Shown here piece by piece: positions 1 through 7,520 of a stretch of 14,232 nt of DNA; position 1 is the stretch's first letter; each line of letters begins with the position of its first letter. Location of the stretch: positions 1-14,232 of the forward strand of contig JBHLLO010000076.1 in the NCBI GenBank assembly GCA_048885535.1, in the 5' to 3' direction. A program made the position numbers and the translations under genes. The notes under the pieces were generated by a model that was not told the DNA's origin, ran no database searches, and worked only from the letters and a program-made list of their open reading frames with translations. Source of the stretch: Candidatus Hermodarchaeota archaeon. Lineage in GTDB: Archaea > Asgardarchaeota > Lokiarchaeia > Sigyniarchaeales > SOKP01.

Positions 1-68
1 TCGTACTCATATGATTTCTCACCAAGATAAGAGTCTGGAAATTGGGGAAGCTTATTTTTTCGCGTCAT
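1..68 (-). CDS. 5' end of a gene running off the left edge; product not determinable
   Basis: Read by hand: ATG at 68 (alternative in-frame ATG at 80) gives MTRKNKLPQFPDSYLGEKSYEY.. with no stop before the edge. It is divergent from the receiver gene across an AT-rich spacer. Confidence 0.6.
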   Translation of the reverse strand, partial: MTRKNKLPQFPDSYLGEKSYEY

Positions 69-95
69 ACAGAATAACATATATAAAAATCAGCT

Positions 96-109
96 AAACT
101 ATTTAAATA
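96..109 (+). promoter_or_regulatory. Archaeal BRE-TATA promoter, probably for the receiver gene
   Basis: AAACTATTTAAATA; near-identical to AAACTGTTTAAATA (12776-12789) and AAACTCTTAAATA (2816-2828), each upstream of a + strand gene. Confidence 0.55.
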
Positions 110-195
110 GGTAAACGAATATATATTTGTTAAAAATAAACTGTCCCACATAAATTGAGGTAAATTATAATCTATTAATAAATTTAGAGAGTAAA

Positions 196-588
196 ATGGC
201 TGAAAAAAAAACTATTCTAGTTGTTGATGACGAACCAGACATTGTAAATCTCACCCAGAAATTTTTGGAACTAGATGAGTATCACACAATCACTTGTAAT
301 AATGGTAAAGAAGCTCTGAAGATTGTGGAGGAAAAATTTGATGAGATAGTCCTAATCCTACTTGATCTAATGATGCCTGGTGTTAGTGGCTATGATGTGC
401 TCCGAAATATAAAGACTAGCGACACTTATAAAGATATATTAGTAGTTATTTTTACTGTAAAAAGTTTTAATGAAGATATTCAGAAAGGAAAAGCATTAGG
501 TGCTGATGGCTATATTACAAAGCCATTTTCTGGTAATGATTTACTAAAATATGTTAAAAAACTTTTAAAAGAAAAAGGAAAGCTGTAA
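196..588 (+). CDS. Single-domain response regulator (CheY-like receiver)
   Basis: ILVVDDEP acidic pocket, LLDLMMP phosphoacceptor Asp, conserved Thr (FTVK), GADGYITKPF Lys-Pro motif; 130 aa, no output domain. Confidence 0.96.
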   Translation: MAEKKTILVVDDEPDIVNLTQKFLELDEYHTITCNNGKEALKIVEEKFDEIVLILLDLMMPGVSGYDVLRNIKTSDTYKDILVVIFTVKSFNEDIQKGKALGADGYITKPFSGNDLLKYVKKLLKEKGKL

Positions 589-604
589 GCTTTCTTGCTT
601 TTTA
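578..604 (+). terminator. Short inverted repeat over the stop codon followed by a T-rich tract; possible terminator between convergent genes
   Basis: GAAAGCT-GTA-AGCTTTC (578-594), then TTGCTTTTTA. Confidence 0.35.
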
Positions 605-636
605 TTAGAATTGTTTAGTCAAATATAATATATATT

Positions 637-1833
637 TTAGATTAGATAAAAAAAGTATACCCAAATCAATGTTATCATTAATAATATTAGAAGAATACAA
701 AATGATTTTCTAATAGTATGAATGATGTGAGATCGAGGTTCTCTATCCTTTTGATTTAATAACTTCGGAAAGAGATTATGATCGTGGGGCTCAATTTGAT
801 ACCAATATGATGTAGAAGACCAATCATCCCTTCTATGATTATCGTGACCATGTTCTATAGATACGATTATTTGTTTATTAAAATAAATCGGATCTTCGAT
901 ATGATAGCGATAATAAGTAATTTTTCCCCACCAATTAAAGCCACCTGGTAGAATAGTACCATGATAAGGAGCATTATATTTAGTGCTTTGACTGTAAGCT
1001 TGATTAACATAGTCCTCCGTTCCAGTTCCATATAAGGTTGGAGTCGCCTTCTCAATATTTTCATCAATAAATATCATATCATCACCTTCACCAGGCCAAT
1101 TTAAGAACCAAGGTAAAAAAGTTATATTATCAATATCTAAATGACAGCCAACATAATGCCCTTTTCCTCTTGCTTCAAGTATTTTATAATTATATTTTAG
1201 AGGTTCACGATTCTTCCCAGAGAACATAAACTTAATAGGTTTTCTCTTTTTAAACTTTTTCCCTGTCTCAGGATCTGCTTTTTTCACAACAGGAGGATTT
1301 TCTCTTCGCCATTGTGCATGGAATCTACCATAACTATTAGAATCATCAAATTCCTCCTCATAGAACTCATAATCGACATAAAAATACATCTTAAATTTTT
1401 TTGACGTATCGTTTTCGATGGTTATTTTGAACCCGTTTGAATATGGCATTGGCCACCAACAATTGAATCCTCTTCCATTCCTTGGGCTCATTTGTAGTGG
1501 AAGAGACACAAAATTTTTATGCTTTGCATGTCCCATCCCGAAAAAGTCTCCAATAGGGACTTCAACACTGGGTTTATCCTCAGGTTCACCATCCCAGTAC
1601 ATTCTAATTATAATGTTCCGTAAAAAATGTTTGGCTCTGCTAGCCATAGTACACCAAATATGAGTAATACACCCTGCTCCTTTTTCTTCTGCTATGGTGA
1701 TTTTTTCTCCAGGAGTTATAGTAATCCAATCAATATTTCCTCCTGTCTTATCATAACTTGATATTCTTCTTCGTTTAACAGAATCTGGTCTAATTTTAGC
1801 AATATCATTTAGACTTGACCTACCAATGTTCAT
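637..1833 (-). CDS. Glycoside hydrolase family 172 (DUF2961) protein with C-terminal transmembrane helix
   Basis: Family motifs RISSYDKTGGN, GAGCITHIW, YWDGE..PSVEVPIGDFFG, FNCWWPMPY, WPGEGDDMIFID, GTGTEDY, YRYHIEDPI, SIEHGH; ends in hydrophobic FCILLILLMITLIWVYFFYLI. Confidence 0.92.
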   Translation of the reverse strand: MNIGRSSLNDIAKIRPDSVKRRRISSYDKTGGNIDWITITPGEKITIAEEKGAGCITHIWCTMASRAKHFLRNIIIRMYWDGEPEDKPSVEVPIGDFFGMGHAKHKNFVSLPLQMSPRNGRGFNCWWPMPYSNGFKITIENDTSKKFKMYFYVDYEFYEEEFDDSNSYGRFHAQWRRENPPVVKKADPETGKKFKKRKPIKFMFSGKNREPLKYNYKILEARGKGHYVGCHLDIDNITFLPWFLNWPGEGDDMIFIDENIEKATPTLYGTGTEDYVNQAYSQSTKYNAPYHGTILPGGFNWWGKITYYRYHIEDPIYFNKQIIVSIEHGHDNHRRDDWSSTSYWYQIEPHDHNLFPKLLNQKDREPRSHIIHTIRKSFCILLILLMITLIWVYFFYLI

Positions 1834-1960
1834 AATTTCTCATCTATTAATTAATTACTTTATTAATATTTAAGGCGCAAATTTTTAAATAAAATTAATA
1901 AAATTGTTTTATGAATTAATTAAATATAATTTATCAAATTTTACAATGGGGGTAATTTAA

Positions 1961-2794
1961 TTGGATTCTACATCATTAAATATTGTAGCAATTTTTGCTC
2001 ATCCTGATGATTTATCTTTTTTTTGCGCAGGGAGTCTGACAAAATGGGTTGATGAAGGGCACAATGTTTACGCAATTTGCTGTACAAATGGAAATATTGG
2101 AACGTTAAGGACAGATTTAAGTAAAGAAGATGTTGCTAAAATGCGAGAAAGAGAATTAAAAGAAGCGAATAGAATATTAGGAATTAAAGAAACAGTTATA
2201 ATGGATTATCCGGATGGAGGGTTCATTATGGGACAGGAGTTAAGGGAAAAGCTTACATATTATGTGAGAAAACTACGTGCTGACCGAGTATTGACATTTG
2301 ATCCCTGGGTTTCATATGAAGTACATCCTGATCACGTGATTGTTGGTAGAATGGCTTCAGAAGCAAGTGCATTTGCCGCTTTTCCATTATTATATTCAAA
2401 TCAAATAAAAGGCAATGTAAAACCATATACTTGTTCTAGCGTATGGTTTATGGGATTATTAGGGCACTATCCTAATTGTTTTGTTGATATTTCATCTACA
2501 ATCGAAAAGAAAGTCGAAGCAGCGTTAAAATTTGAAGCAACCTTAACTCTGTTAGCTCAATTTTTTGCACCAGACATTGATCCCGTAAATGTATCTCCAC
2601 AAGAACTAAAAAAGTTAGAAAAGTATGCAAATCGATTATTACATTCAATCGCAGTTACTATTGGCAAAAAGTCGAATTTAAAAGCTGCTGAAGCGTTCTA
2701 TATACAAAAAGTATTACCTGGACATTTTGATAACTTCCTAGAGTTAATGAATGAAATGTTGGGAAACCCTAGTGAAGCACCTAAAATATTCTAA
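1961..2794 (+). CDS. PIG-L/LmbE family Zn-dependent de-N-acetylase
   Basis: AHPDD and HPDH metal-binding motifs, CTNG, R..E...A..ILG, YPDG, FVDIS; TTG start preceded by GGGGT. Confidence 0.93.
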   Translation: MDSTSLNIVAIFAHPDDLSFFCAGSLTKWVDEGHNVYAICCTNGNIGTLRTDLSKEDVAKMRERELKEANRILGIKETVIMDYPDGGFIMGQELREKLTYYVRKLRADRVLTFDPWVSYEVHPDHVIVGRMASEASAFAAFPLLYSNQIKGNVKPYTCSSVWFMGLLGHYPNCFVDISSTIEKKVEAALKFEATLTLLAQFFAPDIDPVNVSPQELKKLEKYANRLLHSIAVTIGKKSNLKAAEAFYIQKVLPGHFDNFLELMNEMLGNPSEAPKIF

Positions 2795-2815
2795 TCTTTT
2801 TATTATCTATTATCG

Positions 2816-2828
2816 AAACTCTTAAATA
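2816..2828 (+). promoter_or_regulatory. BRE-TATA promoter upstream of the rhomboid gene
   Basis: AAACTCTTAAATA about 70 nt before the TTG start; SD-like GAGGA at 2886-2890. Confidence 0.5.
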
Positions 2829-2895
2829 AATAATAACACCTAAACATAATTATTAAAAATTTAATCCTTAATCTTTCAATGAAAAGAGGATAACG

Positions 2896-3582
2896 TTGGT
2901 TTTAGAAGCAGAAAGTGATAAAATTCCATTTTTTAAGCAATATTTTTCAGTAATTATTTTAGTGGCTAATATTGTCGTGTTTATTTGGCAAATGCTAGAT
3001 CCTACTGGTAATATGCGCATTGAATATGCATTTCGACCCGATGAGTTTTTTACAGGAGTGAAATTATGGACTCTAATAACCTCAATGTTCATGCATGGTG
3101 ATATCGTTCATATAATTATGAATATGTGGTTTTTTATTGTAATTACGGACAATTGTGAACATGCTTTAGGTCATTTCACATACCTAATCACGTATTTAGT
3201 TTCAGGAATCTGTGGTACATTACTTCATGCTTTAACTGCAGTCATTATTCCAGTCTGGGGACCAATTTTAGCAGAAATACCTTCTTTAGGGGCTTCTGGA
3301 GCAATCTTTGGACTAATGGGCGTCTATTTAATCTTGTATCCACATAATAAGTTCTATCTTCCTTCAGCAACAGGCACCTCAATGAGAAAAGTAAATGCGG
3401 GCTACTTTATACTAACCTATTTTATAGCTGAATTAAGTTATGCGATTTATTCATTGTATGATCCATTTGGACTTGGACAAACAGCCCATTTTGCTCATGT
3501 AGGGGGATTTATAGCGGGAGCTATCATAGCAGGAGTTTATAAGGGAATTAAAGGCAGTTCATATAAGAAGAAGAAACCTTAG
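2896..3582 (+). CDS. Rhomboid-family intramembrane serine protease
   Basis: WTLITSMFMHG..H...N, catalytic GASG serine and AHFAHVGG histidine; about six hydrophobic segments. Confidence 0.95.
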   Translation: MVLEAESDKIPFFKQYFSVIILVANIVVFIWQMLDPTGNMRIEYAFRPDEFFTGVKLWTLITSMFMHGDIVHIIMNMWFFIVITDNCEHALGHFTYLITYLVSGICGTLLHALTAVIIPVWGPILAEIPSLGASGAIFGLMGVYLILYPHNKFYLPSATGTSMRKVNAGYFILTYFIAELSYAIYSLYDPFGLGQTAHFAHVGGFIAGAIIAGVYKGIKGSSYKKKKP

Positions 3583-3713
3583 GATGCAATTTTAAATTTC
3601 ATTTTTTTTAAGTTATTATTCAGATTTCTCTTTTTGTTTCATTGAGATGTTTTTAGTACAACTAAACGTTTTTAAAAAAAAAAAAGATTTTTTAATATTT
3701 ATCTACTCAAGGA

Positions 3714-5723
3714 TTATATTTTACTTTTCCTTCTCCTTTTTCGCAGACTTAATATCAAAACTAAACCTATTACAGTTCCTCCTATAATTGACGAGATGAT
3801 AATAATATATCCCAGAATATCGTAAGGTCTATCCGGAATTGTCTTATCAATTACTTCAGGATCGACAGCAAAGTATGCTTCATAATATTTGTTATCATAT
3901 CCTACCGCAGAAATGGTCATATTAAGCAAAATAGGGTCCTCTGTGGGTAAAACAGTTATTGGGTCTACTGAAACAAGGTAAGATCCTCCACCGAGGTTTA
4001 GAACACTATTACTAACCTCAGTTCCATCCCACCACATTTGAATCATCGCAGAATCAATACCATTGCCAGTTTCATTATATATAAAGAAGATAAATTCAAA
4101 CTCATCGGTAGAATACGAGTGATAGACAATTTCAACGTGAATCAAATTAATTGTCTCCTTGATAACTGTTCTTTCCTCAAATCCCTCTCCACCAGCGATA
4201 TCTGCAGCGTAAAATCTTATAGGAATATAATCATCAGGTCTTAAATTCCAAGCTGTTTGATCTATTGGTCCTATTACTTCTGAATAGAAATTATCTCCCT
4301 CTATCCAATTCGTCGGCAAGGTAAGAGAAAAATTTGTTAATCCTCCATCTATAGTATACCAAATGCTATCTAGTAGATAATGATGTTGGATGGTAATATT
4401 AAACTCAGGAGCGACTGTACCAAACTCTTGATTAAGATCAGGGGAATTAATTGTAATTAAAGGTTGCTGGCGAATTGCTTCTGAATATTTTAGTAAAACA
4501 AATGCATCGGATACTCCATTATACCAATCTGTGTATCCTGAAATATATATATCATAAAGAGGATTTATAGTAATACCAAAGGCTTCAGTAATCATTGAGC
4601 CTGTCCATCCCCATGTTTTATTTAAGAGGAGTGAACCATTTTTATCATATTTTAAAAAACAGAAATATTCACCAACAGGACCATAGCAATAACCAGTTAG
4701 ATATATATTGCTAAATGGGTCACTGATTAAGTCTTTGCAATTACTGCCTGAATATTCTGTATAAGTGGTATTCCAAATTTGAGATCCTAAATTATTATAT
4801 TTCACTATAAATATTCTACGAGAACCTCCACCGAAGCTATCAGTATATCCTGCAATATATATATTATTTTCATTATCAGTTGTAACTGATTCGGCACCAT
4901 CTATATCGACCCCTCCCCATGTTCTATTCCATAATTCATTACCTAAATTATCATATTTTATTAAAACAGCGTCACTCGATCCAGCACCAAAACTAGTTGT
5001 ATATCCAGTAAGATATATGTTATTCTGCGAATCTACAGCAATATCAACACCGTATCTTCCTTCATCGGCAGGTCCGCCCCATATTCGTTCCCATAATTTT
5101 GTGCCAGAATTATCATATTTTATTAAAACAAATTCATTTGGATAATCATTTGCATATCCAGCAACATATATATTATCATCAGAATCTATGATAACGCTTC
5201 GTCCTTGTGCCCTATTCAATCCACTCCAAGTTCTATTCCAATAATTTACACCAGAACTGTCATATTTAAGGAGGATAATCTTTTCTTGAGCAAGCAAAAA
5301 ACCATCGATTGTCCCGACAACATAGATATAATTATTAGAATCTACAGCTACATCAAATCCTCCATCATCATTAACCGTACCCCATGTTACATTCCATTGT
5401 TGGACTCCTAAACTATTTGTTTTAATGAACAAACCATCATTACGACCATACGGTCCGTTCATTGTATACCCTGCTTGATAAATATTTCCAAATGAATCCA
5501 CAGCTACGCCTTTTCCGCCTTGTACACCTCCATCATTCCATAATCTATACCATTCTAATTGATATTGATTAGATTGGGAAAGACATAGGGGAAGAGTTGT
5601 AATATTATCTATGTTTCTAGATTTGTCTGTAAGTGTGATATTGGAACTAAAGAGAGAAGAAAGTATAATTAATATTCCCAAAATTAGAATTATCTTACTT
5701 TTTATATTTTTTACCATTTTCAT
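3714..5723 (-). CDS. Cell-surface protein: signal peptide, SBBP-type beta-propeller (about 7 blades), Ig-like stalk, C-terminal TM helix and basic tail
   Basis: Basic plus hydrophobic N-terminus; roughly 55-aa repeats W..TWGG...D.G..(I/V)AVDS..NIY..G...L.KYD..G; PLITINSP..WYTIDGG stalk; many N-x-S/T sequons; C-terminus ILGYIIIISSIIGGTVIGLVLILSL-RKRRRKSKI. Confidence 0.88.
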   Translation of the reverse strand: MKMVKNIKSKIILILGILIILSSLFSSNITLTDKSRNIDNITTLPLCLSQSNQYQLEWYRLWNDGGVQGGKGVAVDSFGNIYQAGYTMNGPYGRNDGLFIKTNSLGVQQWNVTWGTVNDDGGFDVAVDSNNYIYVVGTIDGFLLAQEKIILLKYDSSGVNYWNRTWSGLNRAQGRSVIIDSDDNIYVAGYANDYPNEFVLIKYDNSGTKLWERIWGGPADEGRYGVDIAVDSQNNIYLTGYTTSFGAGSSDAVLIKYDNLGNELWNRTWGGVDIDGAESVTTDNENNIYIAGYTDSFGGGSRRIFIVKYNNLGSQIWNTTYTEYSGSNCKDLISDPFSNIYLTGYCYGPVGEYFCFLKYDKNGSLLLNKTWGWTGSMITEAFGITINPLYDIYISGYTDWYNGVSDAFVLLKYSEAIRQQPLITINSPDLNQEFGTVAPEFNITIQHHYLLDSIWYTIDGGLTNFSLTLPTNWIEGDNFYSEVIGPIDQTAWNLRPDDYIPIRFYAADIAGGEGFEERTVIKETINLIHVEIVYHSYSTDEFEFIFFIYNETGNGIDSAMIQMWWDGTEVSNSVLNLGGGSYLVSVDPITVLPTEDPILLNMTISAVGYDNKYYEAYFAVDPEVIDKTIPDRPYDILGYIIIISSIIGGTVIGLVLILSLRKRRRKSKI
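4946..5130. repeat. Exact 23-bp direct repeat in adjacent propeller blades
   Basis: AATTATCATATTTTATTAAAACA at 4946-4968 and 5108-5130, 162 nt (54 codons) apart; both encode VLIKYDN. Confidence 0.85.
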
Positions 5724-5895
5724 TAGAATTCACCAAAAAACTCGTGAGATATTATTAATTCTGATAAATATATATTTAACACTTATGTATAAATAGAATT
5801 TAATTTCAAGTTAAATATCCTTAATAAAAGTTTTTCAATAATACAAATTTATAGAGCGTACAGAGATAGATGTTTAATTAAGGTTCGAAAATAAA

Positions 5896-7263
5896 ATGCC
5901 GACCAAAATTGTTGTCGTTGGAATGGGGTATGTTGGAATACCTATGGCTGCTATGTTAGCAGATGTTGATGATTTTTTTGTTACAGGAATTCAACGAAGA
6001 TCTATAAGATCAGGATGGAAGATAGATTGGCTTAACGATGGTAAGAATCCTTTTGAAGGTGAGGAACCTGGATTGGATGAACTAATCAGTAGAGTAATAA
6101 GAAATAAAAAATTCTACGTTACTGATAGCTATGAATCATGTAAAGATGCAGATTATATTTTGATTGATGTTCAAACTCCAGTTGAAATTGAAGACAAAAT
6201 ACCAAGATATGAATCCCTAGTAGAAGTTTCTGAAAAAATTTCTAAACATATGAAAAAAGGAGTAACTATTATTATCGAGTCTACAGTTGCTCCGGGGACT
6301 ACAAATAATATTGTTCAACCCATATTAGAAGAGGGAAGTGGACTAAAGAGAAGTGAGGATTTTTATCTTGTTTTTTCGTTTGAACGAGTTATGCCAGGGA
6401 AATTGTTAGAGTTTATTACTGATATCCCCCGTGTAATTGGAGGAGGATGCAATGAAGCAAACGAGAGAGCTAAATTTTTATATGGGAAAGTAGTAAAAAA
6501 GGAATTACAAATAACAGACACGCTTACGGCAGAATTAACAAAATGTATAGAAAATGCTTATAGAGACGTGAATATTGCTTTTGCAAATGAAATGGCATTA
6601 TTGTGTGAAGACTTTGGGAGAAATATATTTGAAATTATTACATTAATCAATCAAAGGGAAGACAGAATGATGCATCTTCCTGGATCTGGAGTTGGTGGTC
6701 ATTGTTTGACAAAAGATCCATGGTTACTCCTATATGGTTATGATCGATATACTCAAAAACAAAATAAGGAAAAAATAAAAATAATACCTGATTCCCGAAA
6801 TCTAAATGATTTTATGCCTAAACATATGGTGGAGTTAATGGAAGATGCTTTAAAAGAAGTAGGAAAATTAGTTGATAATATAAAGATTTGTCTTTTAGGA
6901 GTTTCTTATAAAGCAAACACAGATGATACTCGAAATACTCCCACTGAACATATCATAAAAATTTTAACAAGTAAATATCATTCACACAATATCATATATC
7001 TGGCTCAGGATCCCTATGTGAAGGCAAAAGATTACAACCTAACTGATTTTACTAATGATTTTAATGAAGCTGTGTCGAAAGCGGATGTGCTAATCTTTAC
7101 TACCAACCATAAACAATATTACAATATAGATTTAGATGATTTAAAGAAAAGAGTGAGAACCCCTATCATTATTGATGGGAGAAATATATTCAATAAAAAG
7201 ATGGTTGAGAGCAGAGGTTTTATATATAGAAAAGTAGGAGAAGGCGCTAAAAATCCATTTTAA
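5896..7263 (+). CDS. Nucleotide-sugar dehydrogenase (UDP-glucose/GDP-mannose dehydrogenase family, WecC/WbpA-like)
   Basis: GMGYVG Rossmann motif, IESTVAPGTT, ERVMPG, AELTK..EN.YRDVNIAFANE, PG.GVGGHC catalytic Cys, YKANTDDTRN, IIDGRN. Confidence 0.95.
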   Translation: MPTKIVVVGMGYVGIPMAAMLADVDDFFVTGIQRRSIRSGWKIDWLNDGKNPFEGEEPGLDELISRVIRNKKFYVTDSYESCKDADYILIDVQTPVEIEDKIPRYESLVEVSEKISKHMKKGVTIIIESTVAPGTTNNIVQPILEEGSGLKRSEDFYLVFSFERVMPGKLLEFITDIPRVIGGGCNEANERAKFLYGKVVKKELQITDTLTAELTKCIENAYRDVNIAFANEMALLCEDFGRNIFEIITLINQREDRMMHLPGSGVGGHCLTKDPWLLLYGYDRYTQKQNKEKIKIIPDSRNLNDFMPKHMVELMEDALKEVGKLVDNIKICLLGVSYKANTDDTRNTPTEHIIKILTSKYHSHNIIYLAQDPYVKAKDYNLTDFTNDFNEAVSKADVLIFTTNHKQYYNIDLDDLKKRVRTPIIIDGRNIFNKKMVESRGFIYRKVGEGAKNPF

Positions 7264-7294
7264 AACGATATTTCTTATTGAATTATAATCCTTT

Positions 7295-7328
7295 TTATCT
7301 CAAGCTTTCACATAGCTTATAAGACTAA
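7295..7328. other. Imperfect stem-loop between convergent genes (terminator or 3' UTR element)
   Basis: AAGCT (7302-7306) pairs with AGCTT (7314-7318) around a 7-nt loop; outer TTATCT and AGACTAA arms extend it with bulges. Confidence 0.4.
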
Positions 7329-7345
7329 ATCCTAATATTTTTGAT

Positions 7346-7498
7346 TTAATCCTTGAGATTTTTTTTGTTTATTTTTTTATGTTTTGTCTTTTTTTTTAAG
7401 TACCGGAAACATGCAATAACGCCATCAATAATTCCTCAACTAGTACAAAACTTATTATCAGATTCTGATTCATCAAGTCTATATTTCCATTCAGACAT
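7346..7498 (-). CDS. Unannotated 50-aa protein with in-frame TGA in a CxxU motif; candidate small selenoprotein (alternative: pseudogene)
   Basis: Manual translation MSEWKYRLDESESDNKFCTS[TGA]GIIDGVIACFRYLKKKTKHKKINKKNLKD-TAA; TGA at 7436-7438; TATA box about 29 nt upstream of the ATG; fills an otherwise empty 390-nt gap. Confidence 0.6.
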
Positions 7499-7520
7499 TA
7501 TTTAATCTATTCTTTTAATT

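Noticed and set aside
1-68. Functional call for the edge gene (faint resemblance to SAM-methyltransferase N-termini)
   Set aside because: Only 22 codons are visible and no diagnostic motif is present.
867-1663. ORFs 867-1067 (-) and 1418-1663 (+)
   Set aside because: Nested in or antisense to the well-supported GH172 gene; no recognisable motifs.
3600-3700. Long A and T homopolymers here and at about 12816-12836 as phase-variation tracts
   Set aside because: Intergenic and consistent with bidirectional oligo-T terminators or general AT richness; no reading frame is affected.
3714-5723. CRISPR array or diversity-generating retroelement suggested by the repeats
   Set aside because: The repeats are in-frame protein blades. 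I see no repeat-spacer array, no adenine-specific template/variable pair, and no cas or reverse transcriptase gene.
2868-5796. ORFs 2868-3092 (-), 4038-4244, 5205-5411 and 5611-5796 (+)
   Set aside because: Antisense shadows of the rhomboid and propeller genes.
7264-7345. Canonical eukaryote-like SECIS (AUGA...AA...GA) for the CxxU ORF
   Set aside because: No AUGA occurs on the minus strand between the TAA and the neighbouring gene, and I could not build the kink-turn core by eye; not claimed.
7457-7469. Palindrome ATCAGA-T-TCTGAT
   Set aside because: Lies within the candidate coding region; a short palindrome expected by chance in AT-rich DNA.
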